Below are positions 22,686 to 34,934 of a stretch of DNA of 48,945 nucleotides, piece after piece. Within the stretch, counting starts at the first letter, position 1; each line of letters starts with the position of its first letter. Both the position numbers and the translations under genes were made by a program. The notes under the pieces are model-generated. The model searched no databases and was not told where the DNA came from. It saw only the letters and a list, made by a program, of their open reading frames with translations. The stretch is from assembly GCA_008632985.1 (NCBI GenBank), contig QPGO01000009.1:806001-854945 (forward strand), written 5' to 3'. This stretch comes from Psammoneis japonica. Lineage: Eukaryota.

Positions 22686-23179
22686 CCTCGTGCTGAACAG
22701 CTGAACAGCCGTAAATGTAGGTCGTTTCGAAGAGCGAAAAGCAGGGAATTTGTACTGTAATGGATTCCTTTTATCGCCCATGTCAATATCCGGGAATGGT
22801 GTGAACTCCAAACTGTGAACTGAGCAACGTAGACTTCAGAATAAGGCGACAAGGAGGGTCCAAAACAAACCATAGAGTCGAGACGAGGAGGCCGCCTAAA
22901 TTACCCTGATGAGAAAAAAGGAAAGAAAGGATTGTCGTGATGTGATGTTGTTTTGAAAATGATTACAAATAATGTCATATAGCCCAGAAATGTCTCAGAT
23001 CAGAGCAAGACAATTGACATTTTATAATGAATCGACAAAAGACATTTTCCAGAAATAGGGAATCCTAAGTAAACAGTCAGTGAATCGCTGAACCCAGCCA
23101 CATGCGGTCTTCGAGATGTTGAGGGCAATTGATTTCTGCTGAACCAAAAGTGGTGAATTGAACCGGGCCGGAGCCTCCT

Positions 23180-26100
23180 CCTCACACATCTTTCTGCTTT
23201 GTCATGCACTGTGCCGGCATTTCCTGCGCTGCACAGTGATCACAGCACAGCATTTGAAATCACAACGTCACGCATGGCCACCCAATGCTAACAGCAAAGA
23301 TCCACAGAAGACGGACGCCAAAAGAACAACACGCACAAAAAAACATCACAAACCAGCCACTCGTGCATCATGGTGGGCATCACGGCATCACGGCACTTCT
23401 CTGTTGCGCCACGTGGCAAGGCAGAGGTGCTCTTCCTCCTCCAACCCCCACCTCTTGCTCTGGAAAGCAGCTTGCCCCTTTTCAACTGGACATGTGCTGC
23501 AAGAGCAGGAAAACCCTGGCTCTCTCAGCTCTTGCGCTGCTTTGTTGGAAAAGGGGGCAACCCAACCCTGCTTGGCAAAGCTTGGAGCTTTTGCGGGATT
23601 TTTTGCTGCACAAACCCGTGGCATGGTGCTCCCCATGCAATGCAGCTGCCTGCACTAAACAATGGTTGCAGGCTGCTTTTGCATCACCAAACACGTTGAG
23701 AAAGGCACGCCTTTGTGCAACAAGCATTGAGGCCGCAGGCAGCGCATCGCACTGTTGAGATGCACGGCGCACACTGCCCGGTGCACAATGCCCAGTGCAC
23801 AATGCCCGGCTTGCTCCAAGCCAGCTCTGGAGGTGAGGCCTCACACTGCTGCACTGTGGCATCTTAGTGATTTTTGGCAATGTGCCACGTGCACATTTCC
23901 ACATGCAATCTTGCACAAAGTTGTTTCGCGCTCCCCGTTTTGCAAAGCTGCCAAAAGCCAAAGGCTTTTTTCACAATTTTGTGGGGTTTAAAACACTGGC
24001 TGGGTGCAGTCTTTGGTGCCTTTGAAGAGTGCAGCAAGGCAAAGTAGAAATGCAAAGTGGAAATGATGCACTTCAAGCATCAAGGAGTTTTTTTCTGTTC
24101 ACAAAATTGCCTGTTTTCTGAGCTTGTGCCTGGAGTTCTGTGACCGAACGGGGCTGGAGAGCATGTTGTCACACACTGTGATGCCACACAACATTTTTAC
24201 AGTTGCTCTTCTGCCAGCCACACCTCAGGGTGCCCCAGTGATGGGCAGAAAGAGCAGCACACAAAGGGTGGTGTGTTGGCAGATGGAACAATGACCCCAA
24301 CAACCTTGTTGTGCAGTGCTCTGTGTCATCTTTTTCTCTGCTCATGCAAGGACTCATGGAACAAGGGCTGCTTCATTGCATTGAGGAGTGCACAGAGTGC
24401 ATGAAAGTGTGTGTTGATGGAGGGCTGGGTGGTTGTTTTTTGGCACACACACATGACCCATGTTCTCATTGCAGTGGTGGTGTCGCCACATTGCCTGCTG
24501 TGAAGGACACGGCAACAACATTTCAGAAAAACAGCTGCCATGCTGTGAAAGGTGCTTGCCACATTTTTCCCAGTGATTTGCACAAAGTTTGATCTTCATC
24601 TCAGAGCTCCAATGATCCCTTGCATTTCCAGGCATTTGCAAAGCTCTTCTGTCCTGTGACCTGCTGTTTCTTTGAAGTGTGGAGCACTCTTTGTCAACAG
24701 CAGCAAACTTTATGACCAACTTGTTTGTCAGGGTTGGTGAGTTTCAGCCCAATGCTCTCAGCATCCAAGCAAAAAGAAAAGCCAAAAAGAAGAAGAAAAA
24801 AGGCATGTGGTGCAAAGTTGTGACACACCTCATTGCAGCACATCATGCTCCATTGCATGACATTTTTTGTGTTGAGCATTTTTGATGCTTGCTCAACAAC
24901 ATGTGTGTTGCACTCTGCACTGCTTGGCAACCAGCACATCACATTGTGCAGCACTCCACTGTGTCTTCTTGCAGCACAACATTTTGCAACATTTTGTGGT
25001 GTGACATCCTTGGTGACTGCCAAATTGCACTTGCACCATGACACCAAAACCTGACCATCTCAGGTGCAATCAGACACAAAGCACAATTTGGTGGCCTTTG
25101 ACTCACCTGGGTCACAACCCTTGATTGCTTGTGCAACATTTTTGTGGCCCTTTCAAGGCACCATGTCAAATGTTGCACAGACCCTCCCAGGGTTTCCAAA
25201 AAATTCTTCATGCTGTGCATGGTTTTGAAGTCAGGGTCTCTTTTGGCACCCACCTGGAAAGCAACACAGCCATCCAATGCCCTTTGCCCTGATGCTTTGG
25301 AGTGGCCATCAAAGACATTTGTGACATTCTTGCCACCACCACTGCAATCCTCCTCCTTTGCTTTGTTGTTGTTCTGGTGCATGAGATGCAACGCAATGGC
25401 ACATCACAACAGCGCCACAACAGAGCAACAGGACAGCTGTTTTTTCACCTTCTGTTTCTCACTGCTGTCCTGTTGCACTGGAACACTGCCCTCATCAAAT
25501 TGCTGTCCTCTGATTTCTTGCCATTTGTCATTGAAAACATTGTCCTTGTTGACACTGCTCTCCTGGTCATTGCTGTGGTTGCAATCACTCTGCTTCTTGA
25601 CTGTGCTTGTCTTTTGTCACTTCATCACCCATGTTTGGCACAAACAACAGAGAACATGAAAGAATGTAGCATTGCATGCTGCAGCGCAGCAGCATGTTCT
25701 TGCCTTCTCAATGCCCTTGTTGCTGCTGTCAGTTTTGCACCTCTTTGTGTCCCTTGTTGCTCTCACTTTGACAGGTTGCTCACCCTTTGCTTGCACTTCT
25801 TGCTGGCTTTGTTTTTCACTTCTGGCATGTGATGGGTGCAAACAGCAGCACATTGTGTCACACTTTAGCACTCAACATTGTGCTGTGCAAACACATGCAC
25901 AACATCTGATGTGATGTCACACAATTTCACACCTCTTCAGCAATGCTCTCAACACTCCTCTCATCACTGCTGCTGTTGCTGTCACACAAGAGACTCTCCA
26001 CTTGTTTTTCCTGCTGCTCAATGTGCTTGCATTGCTTGCCACAACTCTGGTGGCAGCTGGCGAGAGTGGAGGCTTTTTCAATGGCTTTGCTTTCCCCACA

Positions 26101-28900
26101 TTTTCAATTGAAGCCCAAGGCAGGCAAAAGAGAGCTGGGGGGTTGGAGCACCCTCCTCCAGCATGGCAGTGACCACAAAAGGTTTTTTGCCCTGCTGCAC
26201 CTGCAGCCATGGTGATGCACTCAGCTCCTCCACTGACAGCAGCCTTCAGCTTGGCTTTCTCCTGCTTTGCTGAGGCTGTCATCACACTTGATTGCACAAG
26301 AATGATGCACAGCTCAGAGCTGCTCTGAGTTTGTGGTGGTTGGCTAAGAACTCTGATTGTGCAGTGGTTGTTTCTCTGTCTGCACCAGCATGCAGAGAAC
26401 AGGTGCAGTGCACATCAGCAAAAGTGTGACCATGGTGAACTTTGATGAAGTGGGACATCTGGCACTTGGCAGGGTGCCCTGCACTGCTCAAGGGCCAGTG
26501 GCATTGTTTTCCTTTTTTTTGCATGTGGCATCATCTTCAATGTGATGTCACATTTTTGTTGAGCAACCACATCACATCTTCCAAGTTGGCTGTGCCAAAC
26601 CACTGAATCACCACCTGAAGCTGTGTTGTTTTATCCCCTCTGCTTTCAACTGGGGCTGGACCTTCTTTTGTTGGAGCTTCTTTGCCATTCATTGGATTCG
26701 GGTGTGCCAGGCTGCCATTGGCTGCCAACTGCCAGGCTGGGGTTGGCCAGCAGCACTGAAGTGGCAGACACAAGCCTTTGTCCCATGACCACCAGGAGCT
26801 CCCAAAGATTTGCTCAAGGACTTGCACCCCAAGTGTTGCAGAATCCACGAGCAATGGCGGCAGAGGTGGGTCCTGGCATGCACACCCCTGAAGTTGCCCA
26901 TGGCTGTCCCCGTGCAAATCCCAAAACAAGAAGGAAGAAAGACCCCGTGAGAGAGCCCAGCTGCACTTGTGTGTCAATGCAGCCTGCCCCCCAAGTGTGG
27001 AACATGAGATTTGTTGGAAAAACAGGGTTGTTTGGAGTGGGGCAACCCCACCCACCAATGACAGACAGTTCTCCATGCAACATGACCTTCTTGGTCCCAC
27101 ACACTCCAGCACTGAGAGACAAGCCACAGCCCCCTCACTGGGAAGCAGACAGCTGGCACCCCCCTGCAAGAATCCCCATCATGTGAGAGACAGCCTCCCA
27201 AAAAAGGTTGAGGCCCCAAGGCCAAATCAAGGGAGGTTGTTGCTCCAGATGCTTGACCAACTTCAGACTGGGGGATGCACATGAAAGTCAACCTTTGCTG
27301 GGGCTGAAACAGCTGTGGTGCAATGTCCCACCAAAAGGTGATGACTTGGAATTGTCAAGGTGCACTGAGACATGCTGCCCACTCCCAACAGTTGAAGAGA
27401 AAGTGGTCAAAGTGGGCAGGGGGGCAAAACAGATGAGGAGACACCACACTCCATGAAAGGTTGAGAGCTTTTGACCATGAATGACATCCCTCAGGCTGTG
27501 GTGGCTGGAGGACAACTCTGCCACCCTCTCTGCCCCCCCCCCCCCCCCGCCTCCTTTCACATCAGGTGCTTTGTCTCCTTCAACTCACTCCACTGGCAAT
27601 CTCAGTGTGAGCATGCTGTCTCCTTGAGCCTGGGCATTGGCTGGCCCACCAGCCTCTGAAACAGGGGCATTTCCCAGCTTTTTGGCAAGAGCTCCAACAG
27701 CAGTTTGCCGCTGGGCAACAACTTTAAGAGGTGAGCTCAGCCACAATGTCCTGAGCTCAAAGCACAGTCCACAAAATCTGGCTGCAGACAGCACCAAGGT
27801 CCATGCCTTCAATCATTGTGAAGACCCCAGCACAAGCTTTTTCAAGATCCTTGGCAAAGAGGATTGCAGTCAAAGAGCATGTTTGTTTCTCAGGGAACTT
27901 GCACAACCACATCAATGACTTGCAGGCTCTGTCAACACAGGCAAGGGCTTGCATGGGTGCAGCAAACTTGGACAGCACACTGCAAACCACCTGACTTTCA
28001 AAGGTCCCATGATCCAGGGTGTGCAGTGGTTGATCATGTCATCCAAGGTGTTGGATTTGACCACAGCCATCCAACTGAGGATGCAGTGTTTTGTGCCCAC
28101 ACATCCCAAGGACCATTTTTTGTGGGTGAGCAGCTTGTTCAAAAAGGAAGGATGCATGCATGCCACCAACCAAGTGCCCTTTGAAGCACCAGAGTCAAAA
28201 ATCCTTGGCTTGCTGTGCTGGAAAGCTGCCAAAAAGCAAGCATCTTTTCCCCTCAGTCTTGATGTTCAAGACACAAGGGGTGTGCTGCAAAGAAAGGCCC
28301 AACAGCAGCATCAAGTGATGTTGGGGGACAGGCTTGACACCCACAATCCAATCAAACAGGAGGTTTGTGTCTGTTGGACAGCCACCACAACAGACCTTTG
28401 ACAGAAAGCACTGTTTTGAGCCATTTGTTCAGCACGGCACTCATTGAACAACAAATGTCACACCCACGCCAGAGAACTCAATGGCCAATTTCTTGTCTGC
28501 CTCTTGGCCTTGAAGAAATCACCGACCCTGTGCTGCTCCAAATGAGTGTGAACACTCCATGCAAGAACTAAAAAAAAATGCCATCACCTTGTTTGCATGC
28601 TGTTTACGTGCACTTGAGAACGTTCCAGACTTCAACAACTCTCCACATCCAGCTCCAGGCCAGAGGTCAGCTGGCCCCACACAAAGCAAAGCTGGTGGGA
28701 TTGCACAGATCACAAAGTGCCCTGTCCTGTCAAGGCATCCATGTGGTGCTTGTGGGCATCACCCCCCTTGGCTTTGCAGAGGCCTGTGCATTGTCAGTTT
28801 GAACATCACCACCCATCCCACCTCCTGCACTGTGCTTTGCGGTGCTGCACCTTTGCACAGAGCTGCAGTCCAAGCTGTGTTTTGTCAAAGAGTTGCACTC
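23180..28900. other. TpA/CpG-depleted hypermutated block 3 (about 5.7 kb), probably decayed repeats or TE
   Basis: Long runs with no TA or CG; dozens of overlapping Tyr-free ORFs; no domain confidently recognised. Confidence 0.8.
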
Positions 28901-29239
28901 TACTAGAGCACCTTGCCACAGATGCGGAGATGGAGGCACCCATGCTTCAACATGTCTTTAATCTCTGTCGTTCATGCACAAAAAGCCCACTTACTCTCTC
29001 TAGAACAAGAACCGCCACTTAGTCTTATTGAACCAAAAAATGAAACAAGTCTTTTGTGTTTGTTCTACGGCCAGAGAACATTGTTAAAATCATTCGAATG
29101 TGAGAGTGGCAAACAATGACGGCGGCACCAACGATAAATAGCGCTATATATAGAGAGATCACCTTTTTTCGAAACACACACAACCTCATTTTACTTTTTT
29201 TTATTGTTTCAAAAACTACAAGAAACCTCTGCAGTTCTT

Positions 29240-30759
29240 CTAAAGCTTGAGTTCCTTCACCTTCTCCCAGGTAAAATCGGGATCGTCCCGTCCAAAATGT
29301 CCGTAGGCGGCCGTCTTGCGCATGACGGGACGTTTGAGATCCAAATCCCGAATAATACATCCGGGACGCAAATCAAAGTTCTTGTTGACCACCTCGGTCA
29401 AATCGGAATCCGTCATGCCCTCCTTGACGGTCCCGTACGAATCGACAAAGACCGAAAGTGGGTACGGCACACCAATGGCATAGGAAAGCTGCACCAGGGC
29501 ACGTTTGCACAATCCACCCGCCACGAGGGACTTGGCCACCCAACGGGCGGCATAGGCGGCACTGCGATCAACCTTGGTCGTGTCCTTTCCGGAAAAGGCT
29601 CCACCACCATGAGCACCCCATCCACCGTAGGTATCGATAATGATTTTTCGTCCCGTCAAACCGGCATCGCCGTGAGGACCACCAATGACAAAACGACCGG
29701 ACGGGTTCAAGTGGTAAATGGTCTTGTCGTCCAAATACTTTTCCGGCACAACCGGCTTGATGACGTGTTCCATGAGATCCGACGCAATCTGTTCATTCGA
29801 CACGTCTTCGGAATGCTGCGTGGAAATGACAATCGTGTGGACACGTTGTGGGACGGGCACACCGTTTTCCAACTTGTATTCACACGTGACTTGCGTCTTG
29901 CCATCGGGCCTGACCCATTCACAGATTCCCTTTTTACGGACTTCCGTCAACTTGGACCCGATCGATGTGGCCAACATGTGAGTCAGAGGCATGTACGAAT
30001 CCGTCTCATCCGTGGCATACCCAAACATAATGCCCTGATCACCGGCACCAATGTCTTCCACCTTGACGGCATCGACCGATTGAGCAATATCCGGTGACTG
30101 TTCTTCAATGGCCACAATGACATTGCACGTTTTGTAATCAAATCCCTTGGCGGGATCATCATAACCAATGTCCTTGATGGCGTCACGAATGACTTGTTCG
30201 TAATTGACGGTCGAGGCTGTGGTGATTTCACCAAAAATCATCACCATGCCCGTCTTGCAACACGTTTCGCATGCGACACGAGACGATTCGTCTCCGGCAA
30301 TGCACGCGTCCAAGACAGCGTCCGACACTTGATCGCAAAATTTGTCTGTGTAGAGAAAGAGGAGTGTGTGTGAGTGAGTGAAATGATTTGTTTGAACGTT
30401 GTTGTTCAAGTACGAACGTTGGAGGGAGGTACACGACGTGTTTCAAGTTGCGTAAGAAAAACTACACTATTGATGCGACCATGGCCTTTTTGTATGCGTA
30501 TTCAACTACAATCAACGTGTGTGTGAAAGTTACCCTCTGTAACTGCAAATATAATCACAAAAATAGCCAACAACGCATGCCCATGCACGAGACGGCGGAA
30601 CGAGACGAAAACATGCCACACGACGAGGAGGGGTATTTTCTTGGTACAAAACAAAATCAACAATCTCCACCACAATCCTTTTCAATACACACACAAAAGA
30701 GTGAACATACCAGGGTGTCCCTCATTGACAGATTCGGAAGTAAAGAGAAAGGTCGACAT
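29240..30759 (-). CDS. METK: S-adenosylmethionine synthetase, 2 exons
   Basis: Exon 1 30711-30759 ([16 protein letters not shown]), intron 30346-30710, exon 2 starting [55 protein letters not shown]. Confidence 0.98.
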
Positions 30760-31132
30760 GGTGGATGGTGTTTTGTTTGGTTGTGTGAAAACAAAAAACA
30801 ATGCGTTGAGCTTTGTTTGGAAAAAAGGATTGTGCGGCCGATTGGATTGCTTGTGTAGATTTCTACAGGCACCATACGGAACGTGACTCTGTGTGGTTCT
30901 ACGTGGATTTGTGTCGTACCAAATGCCGATACGTACGGGTGGAGGACGAACAGAGTGACGTCAGAACATACTTATCTTAGTATCTGAATGAAAAGAATAA
31001 TGGTCCAAAATGCATCCGTTGGATCTTGGTTTTATTTTTATGCCCTCACATTCTCTCGTGACCCCACGCGACATTGTGACTTTTTTCAAGAAATCGAAAA
31101 GATACCGCCATTTTTTCTCGTAATACATCACC

Positions 31133-32326
31133 ATGACAACGGACCTGCTCACCACAGACTCGGAGATTTATCTTGGTGGTGTCCATCATTTTGCGTACAC
31201 GGTCGATAATGCCACCAAAAGTGGTGACAGCATTTTGCTTTACAATGCCGAAACGGATGGCAATCTCAAGTGTGGTCCACAACGCAACATTAAACACGCA
31301 AGTGGACGTGGTGCATGGTCGCGATGGATTGTAGATTCACTACAAGATGATATGGTGGCGTTGCAAAATGTGGGACACAAGGAAAAAGGCGATTCCGTGT
31401 ATTTGGGAGTGAGTCATGGAGTCTTTGTTCCAGTCGAATCTCCACAGCCACTGTCGATTCAACCCATTTCGGAAACCTGTCAAGAAGAAGAAGAAATGAG
31501 TGTCGAGTCGTCTTCGTCTCCTCCACCCACGCACACCTTGACAGACAAGGAACGCCAAACTTTTGTCGATACGGGTGTCTTGCATTTGCCGGGTTTAGTC
31601 CAAGACCATCTCGTGGACAGCGCGCTCGCCACGATTAATCAAGCTCTCGGCATGGCGTGGCTGGGAACGGATGACGATGGTCATTATGACGCGGAAACGG
31701 GTTTGATTGCTACATCGCGCAAAAATCCCGACGTTCTAAATCTATTGCACAAATCTCCCATTTTACATGTGGCCACACAATTGCTGGGCAAACCACCCAA
31801 GCGTTGTGAAAGTTGTCAAGTGGCACTGCGGTTTCCCAAGAATCGCAATCCCGACGACAAGGCGTGGCATATCGACGGAACGGATACCATTCACATGACT
31901 CCGTTTCAAATTCTCGTGGGAGTTGCTCTGTCAAGTCAACCAACCGAAGATTGTGGCAATCTTGTTGTCTTTCCCGGATTTCATCGTGAACTCCATGAAG
32001 CTGTGAAGAAGGCACGACAAGCTCGTGAGGACCAAGACAAGAACGACGACATGGGTCCATCGTGGTTCAAGTGCAGGCCCGTATTGGATGGAAAAAACGA
32101 TTCGCAACAAGTGCTCTTGGAGCCAGGAGATGTCATGTTGGCACATCAAAAAATTCCTCATCGTGTGGCTCACAATGCGTCTCCTCACATTCGTTACATG
32201 GTGTACTTTCGTCTTTCCCACAAACGGCATCGTCCACACGGGCCACTGGGTGGTTTGTGGGAATACTTTGAAGGTGTACAGGATCTAGTGCAAGACGATG
32301 ACGAGGAAAAGACGTGTGCGGCTTGA
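31133..32326 (+). CDS. Phytanoyl-CoA dioxygenase (PhyH)-family Fe/2OG enzyme with a possible N-terminal beta-trefoil-like domain
   Basis: LTDKERQTFVDTGVLHLPGLV, WHIDG (HxD), GNLVVFPGFH, PGDVMLAHQKIPH...N....RYMVYFR. Confidence 0.85.
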   Translation: MTTDLLTTDSEIYLGGVHHFAYTVDNATKSGDSILLYNAETDGNLKCGPQRNIKHASGRGAWSRWIVDSLQDDMVALQNVGHKEKGDSVYLGVSHGVFVPVESPQPLSIQPISETCQEEEEMSVESSSSPPPTHTLTDKERQTFVDTGVLHLPGLVQDHLVDSALATINQALGMAWLGTDDDGHYDAETGLIATSRKNPDVLNLLHKSPILHVATQLLGKPPKRCESCQVALRFPKNRNPDDKAWHIDGTDTIHMTPFQILVGVALSSQPTEDCGNLVVFPGFHRELHEAVKKARQAREDQDKNDDMGPSWFKCRPVLDGKNDSQQVLLEPGDVMLAHQKIPHRVAHNASPHIRYMVYFRLSHKRHRPHGPLGGLWEYFEGVQDLVQDDDEEKTCAA

Positions 32327-32810
32327 AGTGTGTGTCTGTCAGATCTAATGTTGCATGTAATCTAAATTGGATTTTGCAAATGATCGGCCAATACTGGTAG
32401 GAGGTGAACGGGTTTGTTGCATGATGTAGTGACTTGAGATCCAACGCTATTATATGTATAATCCAAAGAAATGTTTCTGCGGTTGGTTGATCATTGTTAA
32501 TGACGAGATTTTTTTTTTTTTTTTCGTTTGCTTGTGGTTTGCTATAGAGGTTCTCAAAATCTCTACACCAAGAAATCTCACGAGAACCGCAACCTTGCAA
32601 ATGCAAAACATGTACTCTAGGCTTACAGTACTTATATCTATCGACCAGGAATATCAAATGATCGAGACCTGGTGGCTTTTCTAACATTCTAACAGCGCAC
32701 CACGGCATGTATACTTTACAAAGAAACGTAGTAAATGTGTAATTCGACCTGAAACCTCAACGATACGTTGTTTCCAATGGAAATACGAAACACGCGTATG
32801 CTCTTCCACA

Positions 32811-33302
32811 CTACACATTGAGACTCTGACGTTCCTCAACAGTGCCATCGTCACCTAGTTTCTCTTCCAACAAAATACCCACAAATGCGAGAACGATCCA
32901 AAGTGGCCAAATCCACGCTGCACTGTCCCAAACGACTCCACACGAAGGAAGGTCTGCCGAGGCAAAGAAGCTTTTCCACATCCAAAACCACACCAAACAA
33001 AACCCCGCCACAATTCCAACATTCCAGGAATGTAATCCACTCTTGTCTGCGTAAAAGAAAAAGCCAACGACAAAGAGATTCAATCCACGCATCAAGCAAG
33101 CAATCGTGGCGAGATCCCTGCTGGACGCATTGTCAAAGAGACAGTTCATTCCCTGAGATTCCGGGACAATGATGGACCAAATGGATGCAACGATATTCAC
33201 CCAAATGAACGTGTAGAATAGGACTAGACTGATGCGTCCCCAAATGGTTTTGGTCGACTCCCAAGCGTGGCGAAGGTAGACGGCAGGGTTGAAGCTCCAC
33301 AT
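32811..33302 (-). CDS. Small 4-TM membrane protein, paralog 1 (163 aa)
   Basis: Four hydrophobic segments; highly similar to 34935-35423 with many synonymous differences. Confidence 0.8.
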   Translation of the reverse strand: MWSFNPAVYLRHAWESTKTIWGRISLVLFYTFIWVNIVASIWSIIVPESQGMNCLFDNASSRDLATIACLMRGLNLFVVGFFFYADKSGLHSWNVGIVAGFCLVWFWMWKSFFASADLPSCGVVWDSAAWIWPLWIVLAFVGILLEEKLGDDGTVEERQSLNV

Positions 33303-34934
33303 GGCGTTCAAAATCAAGTGGTGTTACAAGAAGCGATTCAATGTACTCTCAAGCTATGGCTAAGCTCTATTCTTTTGTGAAGTCTTTGTTCTTGACGCTT
33401 CGTGACACAGGGGTTCGGATGGCGGTGTCGGGTTCGGATCGAATTTTGGGTTGACGCTCTCTGAAAAGTGAGAGGTGGGAGTTGGGTCGTGGTTTGGTCG
33501 TGGATAGAGTTCAGTCGTGACATGCGCTTGTCCTTTGATGAAAACAGCCCCACTCTACTGCTCTTCTCTCTCTCTACTAGAGTCTCTGAGAGTGGAAGTA
33601 GGCTATTTGCTTCTACTCTCGCTAGCTAGAGTGCACGTACCGGTTAGAAGCCCACTGCTGGTACTGGCAATGGTAATTGTCGTTCTTGTTTGCTCTGCAG
33701 CTGGATCTCTGGGGGCATCTCGACGCCCAACGGTGTCGGCATGGAACCCAGCCAGGTTTTTCAGAATGTGCAATTGTTTCATGGCCAAGATGATGGCCTT
33801 ACTCCCTGTAAAGCTGCCGCATGGTTGAACAGGCAACCGTCCTGTGATAACGTGGAACGATTTCTCTTTGGGACACACAAAACGATGCTCTCTTCGCCAC
33901 CTTGCACGAGTTCGCAGTGGAAGGCATTTTTCTCCATGGGGAAGTGGATCGCGACCAATCATTGCAATGAAAACTCGAGATTGTTTTCGGTGCAGTAATT
34001 TTTTTCCAAGCCGTTGTCAGTCTCTTAACGAGCACAGAATGAGAACCCCAAGTTGGCGCTCGCAGACATGTTGGGTGGGTGCCTTCGAAAGTGAAAGTCC
34101 GAAAGTCGGCAGTGCGAACGCCATTGTAGGTGGAATTTTCAATGCGCAAAAGTGGCGATCTAGGCGTTCCAAGATATTGAAAGATTTGTCTTTGCGCATG
34201 TAGGTTGAAAAATAATAGTGAAGAGAAATGTTAGTTTAGTGTCGTGATGTGAAAACAGTACTTACAGTAGGGCCTTGGTCCTTGGCCTTGGTCGGCTTTC
34301 CATCCCTTCTTACTTTCCTTTTCCAGCTCTTTGACTTTCAATTTGTCATTCGCCGACTGATCTTTGCCCTCGAAAGCTCGTTCTCATCCTGGGTAACTCA
34401 CTCTTACTAGTCTTTACATGTCATTCGACCCACCGCAGCTCAGGAAGCTGATGACAAAACAGCTTTGGCTCAACGTGATGTGGAAACTCATTTTATATGT
34501 AATCGAAAGAAGGATTTGCACATTGTAACCCAATGATGTAGTATTGTAGGCTATGAAAGGGCTTTGTGCATTGTACCAACTAGTCGTACAAAATTGGTTT
34601 GAAGTACGAGAATAATCTTTGACCCGGAATCTAACGTTAAAGGTAATAATCTAAAGAAGGATTCGAGTGGTCGGTTGATCATAGCAGACGCGGGCATCTT
34701 GTCCTTCTTGCTTGTGATAAAAGGTAGGCTATGAAAGGGGTCGTGATAAAGAAATTCGAAAGGTGGTTATGCAGTCGGGAGAGCCTTTGTTGACCTGGAA
34801 AAGCTTAAAAGGCCGAGACCCGACGACTTGGCAAATGCAAAACATGCAAGCTTTTCAAATAAAACGTAAAACATGTCATGCAACCCGGATAAACTCAAAT
34901 AATTGAAATGCGACAGCCATGGGTTCTTCCGGCA

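Noticed and set aside
29204..30097. 297-aa plus-strand ORF
   Set aside because: Antisense shadow of the codon-biased METK gene.
30340..30355. METK productive 3' splice site as a METTL16 target, as in C. elegans sams
   Set aside because: It reads CACAG|ACAAA rather than UACAG|ARA; the better match lies mid-intron.
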